Made by a program: the position numbers and the translations under genes. Of a stretch of 64,000 bases of DNA, positions 43,361 through 53,070 are shown in pieces. Within the stretch, counting starts at the first letter, position 1; each line of letters begins with the position of its first letter. Under the pieces are notes generated by a model, which had not been told where the DNA came from, ran no database searches, and worked only from the letters and a program-made list of their open reading frames with translations. The DNA is taken from contig CAXXUA010000005.1 in the NCBI GenBank assembly GCA_963663765.2, forward strand, positions 224,001 through 288,000. The letters run 5' to 3'. Origin of the DNA: Candidatus Poribacteria bacterium. Its GTDB lineage: Bacteria; Poribacteria; WGA-4E; WGA-3G.

Positions 43361-43403
43361 AAGGAAAGCACGTTTACAACTAATTTTATTGGAGAAGTAT
43401 ATA

Positions 43404-44849
43404 ATGGAAAAGTTTACGAAACCGGAGGGAACAAACGATTTTCTACCGGACGAGATGGTGCAACGAAACTTTGCTGAAAATGTCATTCGTGAAACTTTTG
43501 AAAGTTACGGATTCGCACCGATTCAGACACCTTTGTTTGAATCCTTTGCACTCTTGTCCGCGCAATCTGGTGAAGAGATACGACATAAAATGTTTACGTT
43601 TGTTGGACCAGATCGCGTAGACTATGCACTGAGACCCGAACTCACTGCACCAGTCTGTCGACTCATTGCGAATGGAGACCTAAAACATTTACCTTATCCA
43701 TATAAACTCTATTACATAGGACAGTGTGTACGTCATGAACCGAAAACAGATAATTTGGAGGTGCGGCGTGAATTCCGTCAGGCTGGAGTAGAACTGATTG
43801 GACCCGGTTCCCCACTGGCTGATGCGGAACTTATATCAATACCTGTCTTTGTTCTTGAGAAACTCGGTATCACACAAACGAAATTGCAAATCGGGAACAC
43901 CGGAATATTTCGTGGGTTATTTAAGCAGTCCGTTTTAGACCCCAAGGATCTCAGTGAAGTAATTTTAGACATAAACCATCTTTCTCGACTCAGGACAGAA
44001 AGCACACAGTTAGACACAGAATCTCTGCAAAATGAACTCAATATGTTGCGCCGGATGCAAGGCGTTGACTATCAAGGAGAACATCAGATAAAAGCATCCG
44101 ATATTCAGGAAATAACTGAAAACGACACTGCTACTTGGAAAGAGAAGTTACCGCAAATTGCTGAAGAAACCTACAAAGCAAAATGGTACAGATATTTCGG
44201 TATTTCAGAAGAAGTGGCGCACCGTTGCATTGAAGTGTCAAAAATCAGTGGAGATATAGATTCGGTCATGGGAGCATGGGAAACATATATAGGTGATAAT
44301 GCACAAGATGTCCATCAACAACTTTTTGAACTATGCGAATATTTGGAAAACTTTCGTATTATGGATTATGAAATCAATTTAGGTATTACGCGAGGATTTG
44401 ACTTTTATACTGGAACCGTTTTTCAGATAGAGTTAACAGAGAATAATGTACCAATCTGTGGTGGCGGTCGGTATGATAGGTTGATTGAAAGTTTTGGCGG
44501 TCCTTCACTTCCTGGTGCAGGGTTTGCGTTCCAGTTTGATTCACTTATAGAAGCATATTTGACTTCACAGAAATATCCCATTCAAACGAAAAAGGATTAC
44601 TATATTGCTACAACGTCTTCGCATAATATCGATACAATACAACGTCTTGCTGAAGCTTATAGACGCGCAGGAAAGACCGTAGAAATAGATTTAATGGGAC
44701 AGAACCTTCAAGACCAACATGACTATGCTGTTAAAGCGAATTACGAGTATGTGATACGAATTATACAAGACCAGATATTGCGGCGGATACAACTAAAAAC
44801 CGGAAGAAGGGAAGAAATTCTCCTTGAAGATTTAGATGAATGGTTTTAG
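43404..44849 (+). CDS. hisZ: ATP phosphoribosyltransferase regulatory subunit HisZ (HisRS paralog, long form)
   Basis: PEGTNDFL; ALRPELTAPV; RREFRQAGVELIG; RGFDFYTG; GGGRYD. Lies directly upstream of hisG, with a separate hisS downstream. Confidence 0.75.
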   Translation: MEKFTKPEGTNDFLPDEMVQRNFAENVIRETFESYGFAPIQTPLFESFALLSAQSGEEIRHKMFTFVGPDRVDYALRPELTAPVCRLIANGDLKHLPYPYKLYYIGQCVRHEPKTDNLEVRREFRQAGVELIGPGSPLADAELISIPVFVLEKLGITQTKLQIGNTGIFRGLFKQSVLDPKDLSEVILDINHLSRLRTESTQLDTESLQNELNMLRRMQGVDYQGEHQIKASDIQEITENDTATWKEKLPQIAEETYKAKWYRYFGISEEVAHRCIEVSKISGDIDSVMGAWETYIGDNAQDVHQQLFELCEYLENFRIMDYEINLGITRGFDFYTGTVFQIELTENNVPICGGGRYDRLIESFGGPSLPGAGFAFQFDSLIEAYLTSQKYPIQTKKDYYIATTSSHNIDTIQRLAEAYRRAGKTVEIDLMGQNLQDQHDYAVKANYEYVIRIIQDQILRRIQLKTGRREEILLEDLDEWF

Positions 44850-44895
44850 TGGATGCAGAGAATGACTTATTACCTTACAATTGAGGAAATCAAAT

Positions 44896-45666
44896 ATGGA
44901 AACAGAAAGGACTTTGAACTTACTTTTGCCGAAAGGCACTATTCAGTCTGAGACGCTTGAAACGTTTCAGCGTGCAGGCTATGAAATGAACGGGTACAAG
45001 TCAACGGACAGATCCTATCGTGCGACTTTTCAAGATGACAGTGAGATTCAGATAAAGATCTCTCGTCCACAAGAAATACCTGTTTACGTCGGTATGGATG
45101 ACTTTTACGATTTAGGGGTGACAGGACAGGATTGGGTGGAAGAAACGGACGCGGATGTTGAGGAGGTCTTGCCGTTAGCGTATGGATATGTAAGCATTGT
45201 TCTCGCAGTTCGTGAGGAACGCGACGACATCAATACTTTTACAGATTTGGTGGACCTTGCAGATAGAAACATACGTATATCTACTGAATATCTGAACATC
45301 GCGGAGAAATATATCCTTGAAAAGACCGAAAACCGTGTCGCACCAGCAATCCTAACCCCGTGGAAACGGCTTAACACACTTGGCACATACCAATCCCCGA
45401 TCACGCTGATGCTCTCTTTCGGGGCAACTGAAGGGAAACCGCCTGAGGAAGCAGATGCTATCATTGACAACTGTAGTTCAGCACGCACACTCAAAGCCAA
45501 CAACTTAAAAATAATAGAAGTCCTGCGTGAATCGGAATCCACACTCATCGCGAACACGAAGTCACTAAAAGACCCTTGGAAACGTGAAAAGATTGACGAA
45601 CTAAAGGAAACATTAGCAAAAGGATTGCTGCGGCGGCGAAGCCAAACACTTCCCGGACACATATAA
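44896..45666 (+). CDS. hisG: ATP phosphoribosyltransferase lacking the C-terminal regulatory domain
   Basis: LPKGT; RPQEIP.YV; DLGVTGQDW; STEY; SFGATE.KPP..ADAIID. Confidence 0.92.
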   Translation: METERTLNLLLPKGTIQSETLETFQRAGYEMNGYKSTDRSYRATFQDDSEIQIKISRPQEIPVYVGMDDFYDLGVTGQDWVEETDADVEEVLPLAYGYVSIVLAVREERDDINTFTDLVDLADRNIRISTEYLNIAEKYILEKTENRVAPAILTPWKRLNTLGTYQSPITLMLSFGATEGKPPEEADAIIDNCSSARTLKANNLKIIEVLRESESTLIANTKSLKDPWKREKIDELKETLAKGLLRRRSQTLPGHI

Positions 45667-45677
45667 GGAGCAAGATT

Positions 45678-47015
45678 ATGTCAACTTTCATAAAACCGCG
45701 TGTACCACGTGGTATGCGGGACATTCTACCTGAACAGATGATTCGTAGGCAATATGTGATAGATGTTATCCGTGATGTGTTTGAGGAATTTGGGTTTGAA
45801 CCGTTGCAAACACCCGCACTGGAATTGTCTGAAGTACTCACGGGTAAATATGGACCGGATGCAGAAAAACTAATCTATCAGGCTGGACATACGGGTGGAA
45901 AAGAAGACATATCCCTTCGCTACGATCTTTCTGTGCCACTCTGCCGTGTTGTTGCGATGTATCCACAGTTACCGAAACCGTTCAAACGGTATCAGATTGA
46001 TCCTGTGTGGCGTGCTGAACGTCCACAAAAAGGACGTTATCGTCAGTTTTTTCAATGTGATGCGGATACCGTCGGCAGCGAAAGTATGTTAGCGGATGCA
46101 GAAAATGTAAGTCTGATATTTCAAGTATTGTCACGCCTTGGTTTCAAGCAGTTTGAGATCAATATCAACGATAGGAAACTGATTACTGCAATAGGACAAT
46201 ATGCTGGTGTTCCAACTGCACAACTCGGTGGACTTTATCGTTCTATTGACAAATTGGACAAGATCGGTGTGGACGGTGTCATCTCCGAATTACAGGAAAA
46301 TGAGATACCTGAAGATGTTATTAACAAACTGATCGGATTGCTGCAAGTTGATGGTGATGCTGCAGATGTACTAACTGAGATGAATCAGCGACTCGGTAGT
46401 TTAGAAATGGCACATGAAGGTATTGCAGATTTGGAAAAACTAATCAATTTTCTTACAACCCTTGGTGTACCAGAACAGTATTACAGAGTTAACGTTGCTA
46501 TGGTGCGAGGTTTGGAATACTACACCGGACCTATATACGAAACGGTTGTTGAAGAACCGAAGATATGTAGCATCACTGGTGGCGGCAGGTATGACGAACT
46601 TATCGGAAGTTTCAGCAAACAGAGTTACCCCGCAACAGGAACAAGTTTTGGTATTGAACGGATTATTGATGTGATGGAAGAATTTGATATGTTTCCAACT
46701 ACTGTAGGAAAAACGGTAACACAAGTGCTCATGACCGTTTTTGATGACCAATTGATGGATGAATCACTGAAGTTAGCAACTGTGTTAAGGCAAGGTGGCA
46801 TACGAACAGAGGTATATTTCCGTCCGACCAAAATCAGCACGCAGTTGAAATATGCCGGTAATAAAGGCATACCTTATGCCGTCATTCTCGGCTCGGATGA
46901 GTTAGCAACGGGGAATGCAGCTGTTCGCAACTTGACAACCAGAGAACAGGAAAATGTTCCATTGGATAAAGTTGTTGATAGGATTAAGTCTATGATAGCA
47001 ACAACATCGGACTAA
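45678..47015 (+). CDS. hisS: Histidine-tRNA ligase
   Basis: PRGMRD; LRYDLSVP; WRAERPQKGRYRQFFQCDAD; RGLEYYTG; GGGRYD; SFGIER; anticodon domain. Confidence 0.97.
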   Translation: MSTFIKPRVPRGMRDILPEQMIRRQYVIDVIRDVFEEFGFEPLQTPALELSEVLTGKYGPDAEKLIYQAGHTGGKEDISLRYDLSVPLCRVVAMYPQLPKPFKRYQIDPVWRAERPQKGRYRQFFQCDADTVGSESMLADAENVSLIFQVLSRLGFKQFEININDRKLITAIGQYAGVPTAQLGGLYRSIDKLDKIGVDGVISELQENEIPEDVINKLIGLLQVDGDAADVLTEMNQRLGSLEMAHEGIADLEKLINFLTTLGVPEQYYRVNVAMVRGLEYYTGPIYETVVEEPKICSITGGGRYDELIGSFSKQSYPATGTSFGIERIIDVMEEFDMFPTTVGKTVTQVLMTVFDDQLMDESLKLATVLRQGGIRTEVYFRPTKISTQLKYAGNKGIPYAVILGSDELATGNAAVRNLTTREQENVPLDKVVDRIKSMIATTSD

Positions 47016-48399
47016 AGAGATGAGGGTAGTTCTTGAACGACAGGTATGACATAGCTGCGAATCGTAAATCCATCCAATGTATCAGTTTCTAAGCGGGATT
47101 CAGCTACTTGGCGATGATCAAAGACGATATAGTATCCTTCAATCGCACCTTCTGATTTAAGATAAGCAGCAAGTTGCCGTTTTCCCGCCTGATGGCGGCG
47201 GTCATTTTCCCAAATCTTAGTTTCAACAATATATTTCTGTGTGTTGTGAAGGATGAGTAAGTCTATTCTTCCGCGTCCTGTTTGGACTTCAAGGTACATT
47301 CAAGACCGTTAATGAATGGTTGAAACGCTTGCATGATACAATACTGATAGATTGGATTTACAATCTTACACATTCCATCTACACCTTTTGCAATAACTCC
47401 GAAAGTTGTGAGTTGTTTGATTGTGTCAATATGTATATTATACTGCACGCCTTTTTCGTAAGAAACTATTCTCATGAGTAGATTTTCAAAACGGGAATCT
47501 CTTTTAATATTTGTAAGTAAATGGTTTATATTGACGTTATCTTCTTCAAGTAAAAACGCAAGTCCATTAGAAAAATGCGACATCGTAATTGTCTCAGTAT
47601 TTGGAATTTCTAATTCTTCAGTTATTATTTGTGCTAATCGGTTCACAAGGAACGGTTGACCAGCAGTTTGCTTATGAAGTGCATCAATTACTTCTGGTGA
47701 GAAGGATTGTCCGGTATCGTCTGTATATTGTCCCAACAACTCTTTCACCTGTTGTTGGGTGAAGTTCGGTAAGTTGAACTCATCTTGAATATTGAATGGT
47801 GAAACGGATCTATCGTAGTTCAGTTGCGTGATGCTTTTGACACCAACGATGCCGACACTATGGGGACAGCGCGTTTCATCGGAAAGGTAAATATCACGAA
47901 GCGAATGAAGAAAATCACTGAGAACGGACTGAGGGATTCCATCAAACTCGTCTATAATCACTACTACCTTCTGGTCGGTATATTGACTTTGAAGAGTATT
48001 GGAATACTGCTCAAAAAAATCCATCATTGAAATGTGATTTGTTATTTTCGTGTTCTCAAGAAAACTGCTAAGTATCCCAGATAGGTTGTCTCCTCTCTTT
48101 AGAATAACTTGAGTGATTTCCTTACATATCCTATTGCATAATGCTTCGTAAAATTCTGAGGGTGCGAGATTGCTATACGCTTCAAAATTAAGTTGAATTG
48201 GAAAGTAACTTGACGAATTGGTTACAAGCGTGTCAAGTGCCATTCGGAAGAAAGTTGTTTTGCCTGTTTGACGGGGTGCAAAGAGTACGATGTACCGTCC
48301 CTCTTTCACGCGTTGGAGAAAATCATTGATTTCCTCGCTGCGTGGTACAACATAGTGCTTTCCGGGATATACACGTCCCTGAGTACCAAAACGTCTCAT
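47012..48399 (-). pseudogene. AAA-like ATPase plus PD-(D/E)XK-type C-terminal domain, split by frameshift or deletion
   Basis: APRQTGKT (Walker A), IIDEFD, SPFNI, TAGQPFLV in one frame. YLEVQTGRGRIDLLI..YIVETK..QL..YL continues in another frame from about 47299. Confidence 0.7.
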
Positions 48400-48472
48400 T
48401 TTATCACCTTTTCTTATTGAAATTCTTAGCAATAAATTGTATCACATCATTTGATGCAAGTCTATAGATAAT

Positions 48473-48963
48473 TCGGGTGTGTAAAGTTATTGCACAAACT
48501 ACTCATTCTTCATTGTAAGGCGAGGCTCTGTGCCCGCCCCAACTGATTAAATGAGAGATTGCGGGACACAGAGCCATAATGAGTTTTGACGTTCAAGTTG
48601 TGTATTCGTAGGGGCGTGGTTGCCACACCCAATCTACGCAAACTTAATAACCAAAGGGGTTGGGGAACCCAACCCCTACGAATTCAACTACCGATTTTGA
48701 CTGTCAAACTTCATTAGGTGTCAATATAAAGAAATATTGTTAATATTAACCATACGCTTCAGTCCCGTAGGGACGATATGTTTATAGAAATACATATCCC
48801 CACGTCTTTTTAGTCCCGTAGGGACGATATGTTTATCCTTCTATGTCGTTCCTACGGAACTAAAGAGAGGGGATGTGATAAAGTCTTTCTATAAACATTG
48901 CGTCCCTACGGGACTAAAGAGAACAAAAGTTAGCACATCTGTGCAAAAACTTTACACACCCGA
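48473..48963. mobile_element. Composite nested inverted-repeat element (MITE/REP mosaic)
   Basis: Outer tcgggtgtgtaaagttattgcaca / tgtgcaaaaactttacacacccga (1 mismatch). Inner taatgagttttgac / gtcaaacttcatta encloses a GTAGGGGC...CCCCTAC REP. Four agtcccgtagggacga units. Confidence 0.75.
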
Positions 48964-49023
48964 TAATTCTGTTCGTTGTCATCAAATATGATCTGTATAT
49001 TCAAATACAAAGAGAGATAGATT

Positions 49024-50193
49024 ATGAAACTTTACAAGCGTTCGCGTATCCTTTGGAGCATTATTGCACTTGGAAGCATTTTCCAGATGGTGCATCTGAC
49101 TTTTGTTGGGTGCAGCCATACCACGCCATACTATCATCATGATTTACCTGTAAGTGCGAAACAGGATGTTGCATCAGAAAGTTCATTACGTTACCGTATC
49201 TTGTTGATTGGGGACGGTGGACAACCGAAGCCAGATGAACCGGTTCTAAAGACATTGAAAACCTGGGCACAAAAAGATCCTGAGAAAACAAGCATAGTTT
49301 TTCTGGGAGATAATATGTACCCTGACGGAATGACAGAAGAAAGACTGCATGAAGCATCAACACGTCTTGATCCCCAAATTGAGGTCGTGACTTCCACGAC
49401 TGCTCACGGATTGTTCATTCCCGGCAACCATGACTGGACAAATGGTGATGCAGAAGGTTATCAGGCAATTCTTTCCCAAGAAGATTATATCAACAAAGCA
49501 CTCACACGAACTCCAAATTTCCTACCACAAGGTGGCACTCCTGGTCCGACTGTTTTGGATCTTCCAGACATTTCACCTGTTGTACGTGTCATTGTGCTTG
49601 ATACACAGTGGTGGCTACACCAAAACGAAAAACCACAGAAAGCAATAGAGTCTATCATATCTGAACTCAAAGACACATTAGATACTGATTTTCCAGTTGT
49701 TGTTGTTGGTCACCATCCATTACAAACCTATGGAACACATGGTGGTTTTTTTAGTTGGAAGGCACACCTTTTTCCACTGAGAGAATTAGAAAAATGGTTA
49801 TGGGTGCCTGTTCCAATCGTTGGATCTCTGTATCCATTGAGTCGGTGGTATTTCATAAGAAATGTTCAAGACCTAAACAATTCAAAATATAAAGAAATGG
49901 TTTCACAACTTAACGCTGCCTTTACAGCAACGAAAAGGACACATCTATTAATATATGCTTCTGGTCATGAACATTCTCTGCAGGTATTGAAAGGTGAAAC
50001 CACAGATTACCTTCTTATCAGTGGACTCGGTTCCAGTGAAAAGGCGACAGAGGTAGGTCATGGGGTTAACACATTATTTTCGCATCAACACTCAGGGTTT
50101 ATGTCTATAGATTTTTTGTCGGATAAGAGAGTCTTACTACGGGTGGTTGAACCGAATGAAAAAGAGGTGCTATTTCATCATTGGTTGAAATAG
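49024..50193 (+). CDS. Calcineurin-like metallophosphoesterase (probable lipoprotein)
   Basis: IGDGG; FLGDNMYP; PGNHDW; GHHP; SGHEH; lipobox-like FVGC. Confidence 0.92.
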   Translation: MKLYKRSRILWSIIALGSIFQMVHLTFVGCSHTTPYYHHDLPVSAKQDVASESSLRYRILLIGDGGQPKPDEPVLKTLKTWAQKDPEKTSIVFLGDNMYPDGMTEERLHEASTRLDPQIEVVTSTTAHGLFIPGNHDWTNGDAEGYQAILSQEDYINKALTRTPNFLPQGGTPGPTVLDLPDISPVVRVIVLDTQWWLHQNEKPQKAIESIISELKDTLDTDFPVVVVGHHPLQTYGTHGGFFSWKAHLFPLRELEKWLWVPVPIVGSLYPLSRWYFIRNVQDLNNSKYKEMVSQLNAAFTATKRTHLLIYASGHEHSLQVLKGETTDYLLISGLGSSEKATEVGHGVNTLFSHQHSGFMSIDFLSDKRVLLRVVEPNEKEVLFHHWLK

Positions 50194-50233
50194 AACACCC
50201 CAATTGTATTCATCTTTATTTCTGTTGCTCATT

Positions 50234-50497
50234 CTAATCAGTATACTTCAGATATTCCATCTGCTGCAAGTATGGCTCAACATCGTCTAATTGATAACGG
50301 ATATCGGTTAAGTCAGATGCTACCTGATTTAAGTCTGTTTTTATTTGTTGATACTCCACTTGTGCTTTATTGGGAAAGTACCCAGTTTTCTTAAGAATAT
50401 TGTCGGTAATCAACTTAACAGCAACAAGTATTGTAATCGCTAAGAAAACTGATGCAGTTAATGGCAACAATAATAGAAAAGCTGCTAATCTAGTCAT
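50234..50497 (-). CDS. Small single-TM coiled-coil protein
   Basis: SD AAGGAG; N-terminal TM plus heptad-like C-terminus. Confidence 0.65.
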   Translation of the reverse strand: MTRLAAFLLLLPLTASVFLAITILVAVKLITDNILKKTGYFPNKAQVEYQQIKTDLNQVASDLTDIRYQLDDVEPYLQQMEYLKYTD

Positions 50498-50509
50498 TGA
50501 TATACTCCT

Positions 50510-50749
50510 TTATTCAGCAATACCTTTTGCAATTTGTAAAAGTTCTCTCATCTGTTTTTTGAGTCCGGTAGTTTCGTCACGCAAAAGCGAAACTTGTTCC
50601 TGCAAAGCAGTTATTTCACGTTGGGATGCACCGTGTCTATAACCGCGTTTCTTTTCCGTATAGGATATACCCATCCAGACACACCCAAGTACTGTTATGG
50701 TAAAAGAAGACCCACATATTATCAATCCTATTAGTACAATTCCTGACAT
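50510..50749 (-). CDS. Small single-TM coiled-coil protein
   Basis: SD AAGGAG; TM plus EITALQEQVSLLRDE coiled coil. Confidence 0.65.
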   Translation of the reverse strand: MSGIVLIGLIICGSSFTITVLGCVWMGISYTEKKRGYRHGASQREITALQEQVSLLRDETTGLKKQMRELLQIAKGIAE

Positions 50750-50959
50750 TGTTATTTCTCCCTTTATGTTTGAATAATGCTTAATAGAGTATTTTCATTC
50801 TTTAAAGGATAGTTAAATCTGTTGAATTTATGCATATTATAAACCAATTATGAGCTACTTATCTTTGTTCTTGTTAGTGTAGATTCCTATAAACTTTATA
50901 TTCTGTTTTTAGTCTAAACTTAACAAGTTTTACACGAAATAGCTGAACGGAGGTAGAAA

Positions 50960-51739
50960 ATGCTTACGCGTAAACAGAAATTAGACTTTCATGAAAATGG
51001 TTTTATTAAAATTTCTGGTGTTGTACCAAAATTAATGGTGGATACTGCACGCAAATTGATTAATCACTCTATCGGTCATGTTGGGATGCACAAAGAAGAT
51101 TTAGAGAAGTTTCGGGCACAAACCTATTGCAATGAAATCCGAAATGCACCGCAAATTGTTGATATTTTCAGTAAAACGCCTATCCAGAATATTGCGGAAT
51201 CATTGATGGGGAAAGGCAAAGTACAGGAACCAAAAGCAGCGCAGATCGCTCTTAGATTTCCGATACAGTTGAATAGCGACCCAAATTTACCACGTGGACA
51301 TTTAGATGGATTGGGAAATGGTAGAAATGGGAATCCAAAAGGTACATACCGTCGCGGTTTTTCAGCATTAGCCGTTACTTATCTGGCAGATGTCCCTGAG
51401 CAGTTTAGCGGTAACTTCACTGTCTGGCCAAAATCACACAGTTTCTTTGCTGACTATTTCAAAAAAGAGGGACATGAGGTGTTAGCAAATGGAATGCCAC
51501 GTCCAGAACTCCCAGAAGGTCCCACACAAATTACTGGCAAAGCGGGAGACGTTGTCCTTACACACCACCAAATAGTACATTCAGCGGCACCGAACGCATC
51601 CGCAGATATTCGTTATGCAGTGATCTTTCGTCTGCGTCATGTGGATTGTTCAGAGAACGGACATGATGGTTATACAGATATTTGGCGTGAATGGCCTGGA
51701 GTGCAAGCAGCGGTTGAAAGGAAAAATGCCCAAAAATAG
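50960..51739 (+). CDS. PhyH family dioxygenase
   Basis: FHENGFIKI; HLDG; GNFTVWPKSH; AGDVVLTHHQIVH...R. Confidence 0.88.
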   Translation: MLTRKQKLDFHENGFIKISGVVPKLMVDTARKLINHSIGHVGMHKEDLEKFRAQTYCNEIRNAPQIVDIFSKTPIQNIAESLMGKGKVQEPKAAQIALRFPIQLNSDPNLPRGHLDGLGNGRNGNPKGTYRRGFSALAVTYLADVPEQFSGNFTVWPKSHSFFADYFKKEGHEVLANGMPRPELPEGPTQITGKAGDVVLTHHQIVHSAAPNASADIRYAVIFRLRHVDCSENGHDGYTDIWREWPGVQAAVERKNAQK

Positions 51740-51750
51740 TGGTAATAAAG

Positions 51751-51780
51751 AAACGGGTGATCTATATGAAACACCCGTTT
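51751..51780. terminator. Bidirectional terminator-like hairpin
   Basis: AAACGGGTG...CACCCGTTT between convergent genes. Confidence 0.6.
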
Positions 51781-52024
51781 AGTTGCTTTATTTGTTGTTC
51801 TTAATTTCAGCCCATGTAGTGCTCAATTTGTCCGCAGGCTCAATAGCAAATGGATCCGTAGGTGCTTTAGCAAGATGTTGTATTTCATCTGCAGAAAGTG
51901 CCCGGTGAAACATGAAGAATTCATCCATCAAACCTTTGAAAGCCCATCCATCAGGACTCACAAATCCATCAAATTCCGCAGTCTCAGAACCGACCCCGAT
52001 GAATCCATACCGTTGTGATTTCGT

Positions 52025-52074
52025 TCCAATCATGTTGCCAGTTGTAGACTCCAATCATGTTGCCAGTTGTAGAC
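52025..52074. repeat. 25-bp perfect tandem duplication causing a frameshift
   Basis: tccaatcatgttgccagttgtagac x2. Confidence 0.9.
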
Positions 52075-52418
52075 GTTGGTTGCTCAACATCCACTTCACC
52101 ATCAACATATATCCGTTTCATCTCACCGTCGTATGTAGCAGAGACATGATGCCAATTATCATCGGTTACTTTAATGTCACCGTGCCAATCTTCTATGGGA
52201 CAACAGATGTCAAAGGCGACATAGTCAAATTGTTCAATTGCAGCATCTCCAGCTGCAAAACGGAAATAGTCACTTCGGTCCCACGAAGCAATCAGGCCTC
52301 TTTGTGGCGTTTTAATCCATACCGCAAGCGTTAGTTCCGGTATACCCTCGGTGTAATTTAACTCACGAACAGAAATGTATTCGGTTCCAGCACCAGGAAA
52401 TTCCATACATTCATTAAC

Positions 52419-52641
52419 CCGACACTCCGCACTTCTGATTTGCGTTTTTCGATAATAATTTGATAAACCCGCGTGGAGACTATATTTAGCAAACAATTTC
52501 AATTTAAAATGATAAAATAACAAGTTCGGTTTTGTCTCAAAATATAGAACTCAAAATCACCATTATTTTGTGCGAATCCTTGTGTGATACGGGTTTATCC
52601 CAATATTATAAAAATGTATTAAAACAAGTGCGGAGTGTAGG
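52419..52641. mobile_element. 223-bp non-autonomous IS derivative (MITE) with 16-bp TIRs and 6-bp target-site duplication
   Basis: TIRs ccgacactccgcactt / aagtgcggagtgtagg; ATTAAC at 52413-52418 and 52642-52647. Confidence 0.92.
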
Positions 52642-53070
52642 ATTAACCATACCTTCATTCACAATTTTGAGATTGCTTCCACGTATTAAACCATCATACC
52701 CATTTTCTGAATGATCCAAAACATCTCCACCATGAAGTGAGTCTGAGTCAAAACTATAATGGATGACCAATTCAGCTTTACTAACTAATTGTGCATGAGA
52801 AGTTACCGTTGACACTGTTAAAATAAGTGTTAACGATATTAACTTGAAAATAAAAGAGGTACTCATTTTTAACTCCTTTTATTTTTTCAACACCTATAAA
52901 GATGTTAAAGTTTTCTTATTTTTGATTGGATTTCACTATAAACAAACAAGTAACAATCCTGTGAATTTAGTTTAGGCGTTCTTAATGATGATTTAGTCTG
53001 TGTATCAACGACTGATAACAAGGCTAACACTCAATTTGAATTTAATTGGAATGTGATCAAAATGTAGGTT

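Larger units (their letters stand above)
51788..52866 (-). pseudogene. Secreted LamG/concanavalin-like protein interrupted by a MITE and a 25-bp duplication
   Basis: Three ORF pieces align colinearly with the paralogs at 53071 and 54101; removing 52419-52647 and one 25-bp copy restores the frame. Confidence 0.9.

Noticed and set aside
48761-48920. Repeated agtcccgtagggacgatatgtttata units resembling a CRISPR array
   Set aside because: Only two direct copies followed by inverted copies, no series of unique spacers and no cas genes. A REP/MITE-type hairpin fits better.
51984-52523. ORF 51984-52523 as an independent gene
   Set aside because: Its N-terminus is MITE sequence and its C-terminus is frameshifted. 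It is the middle fragment of the LamG pseudogene.
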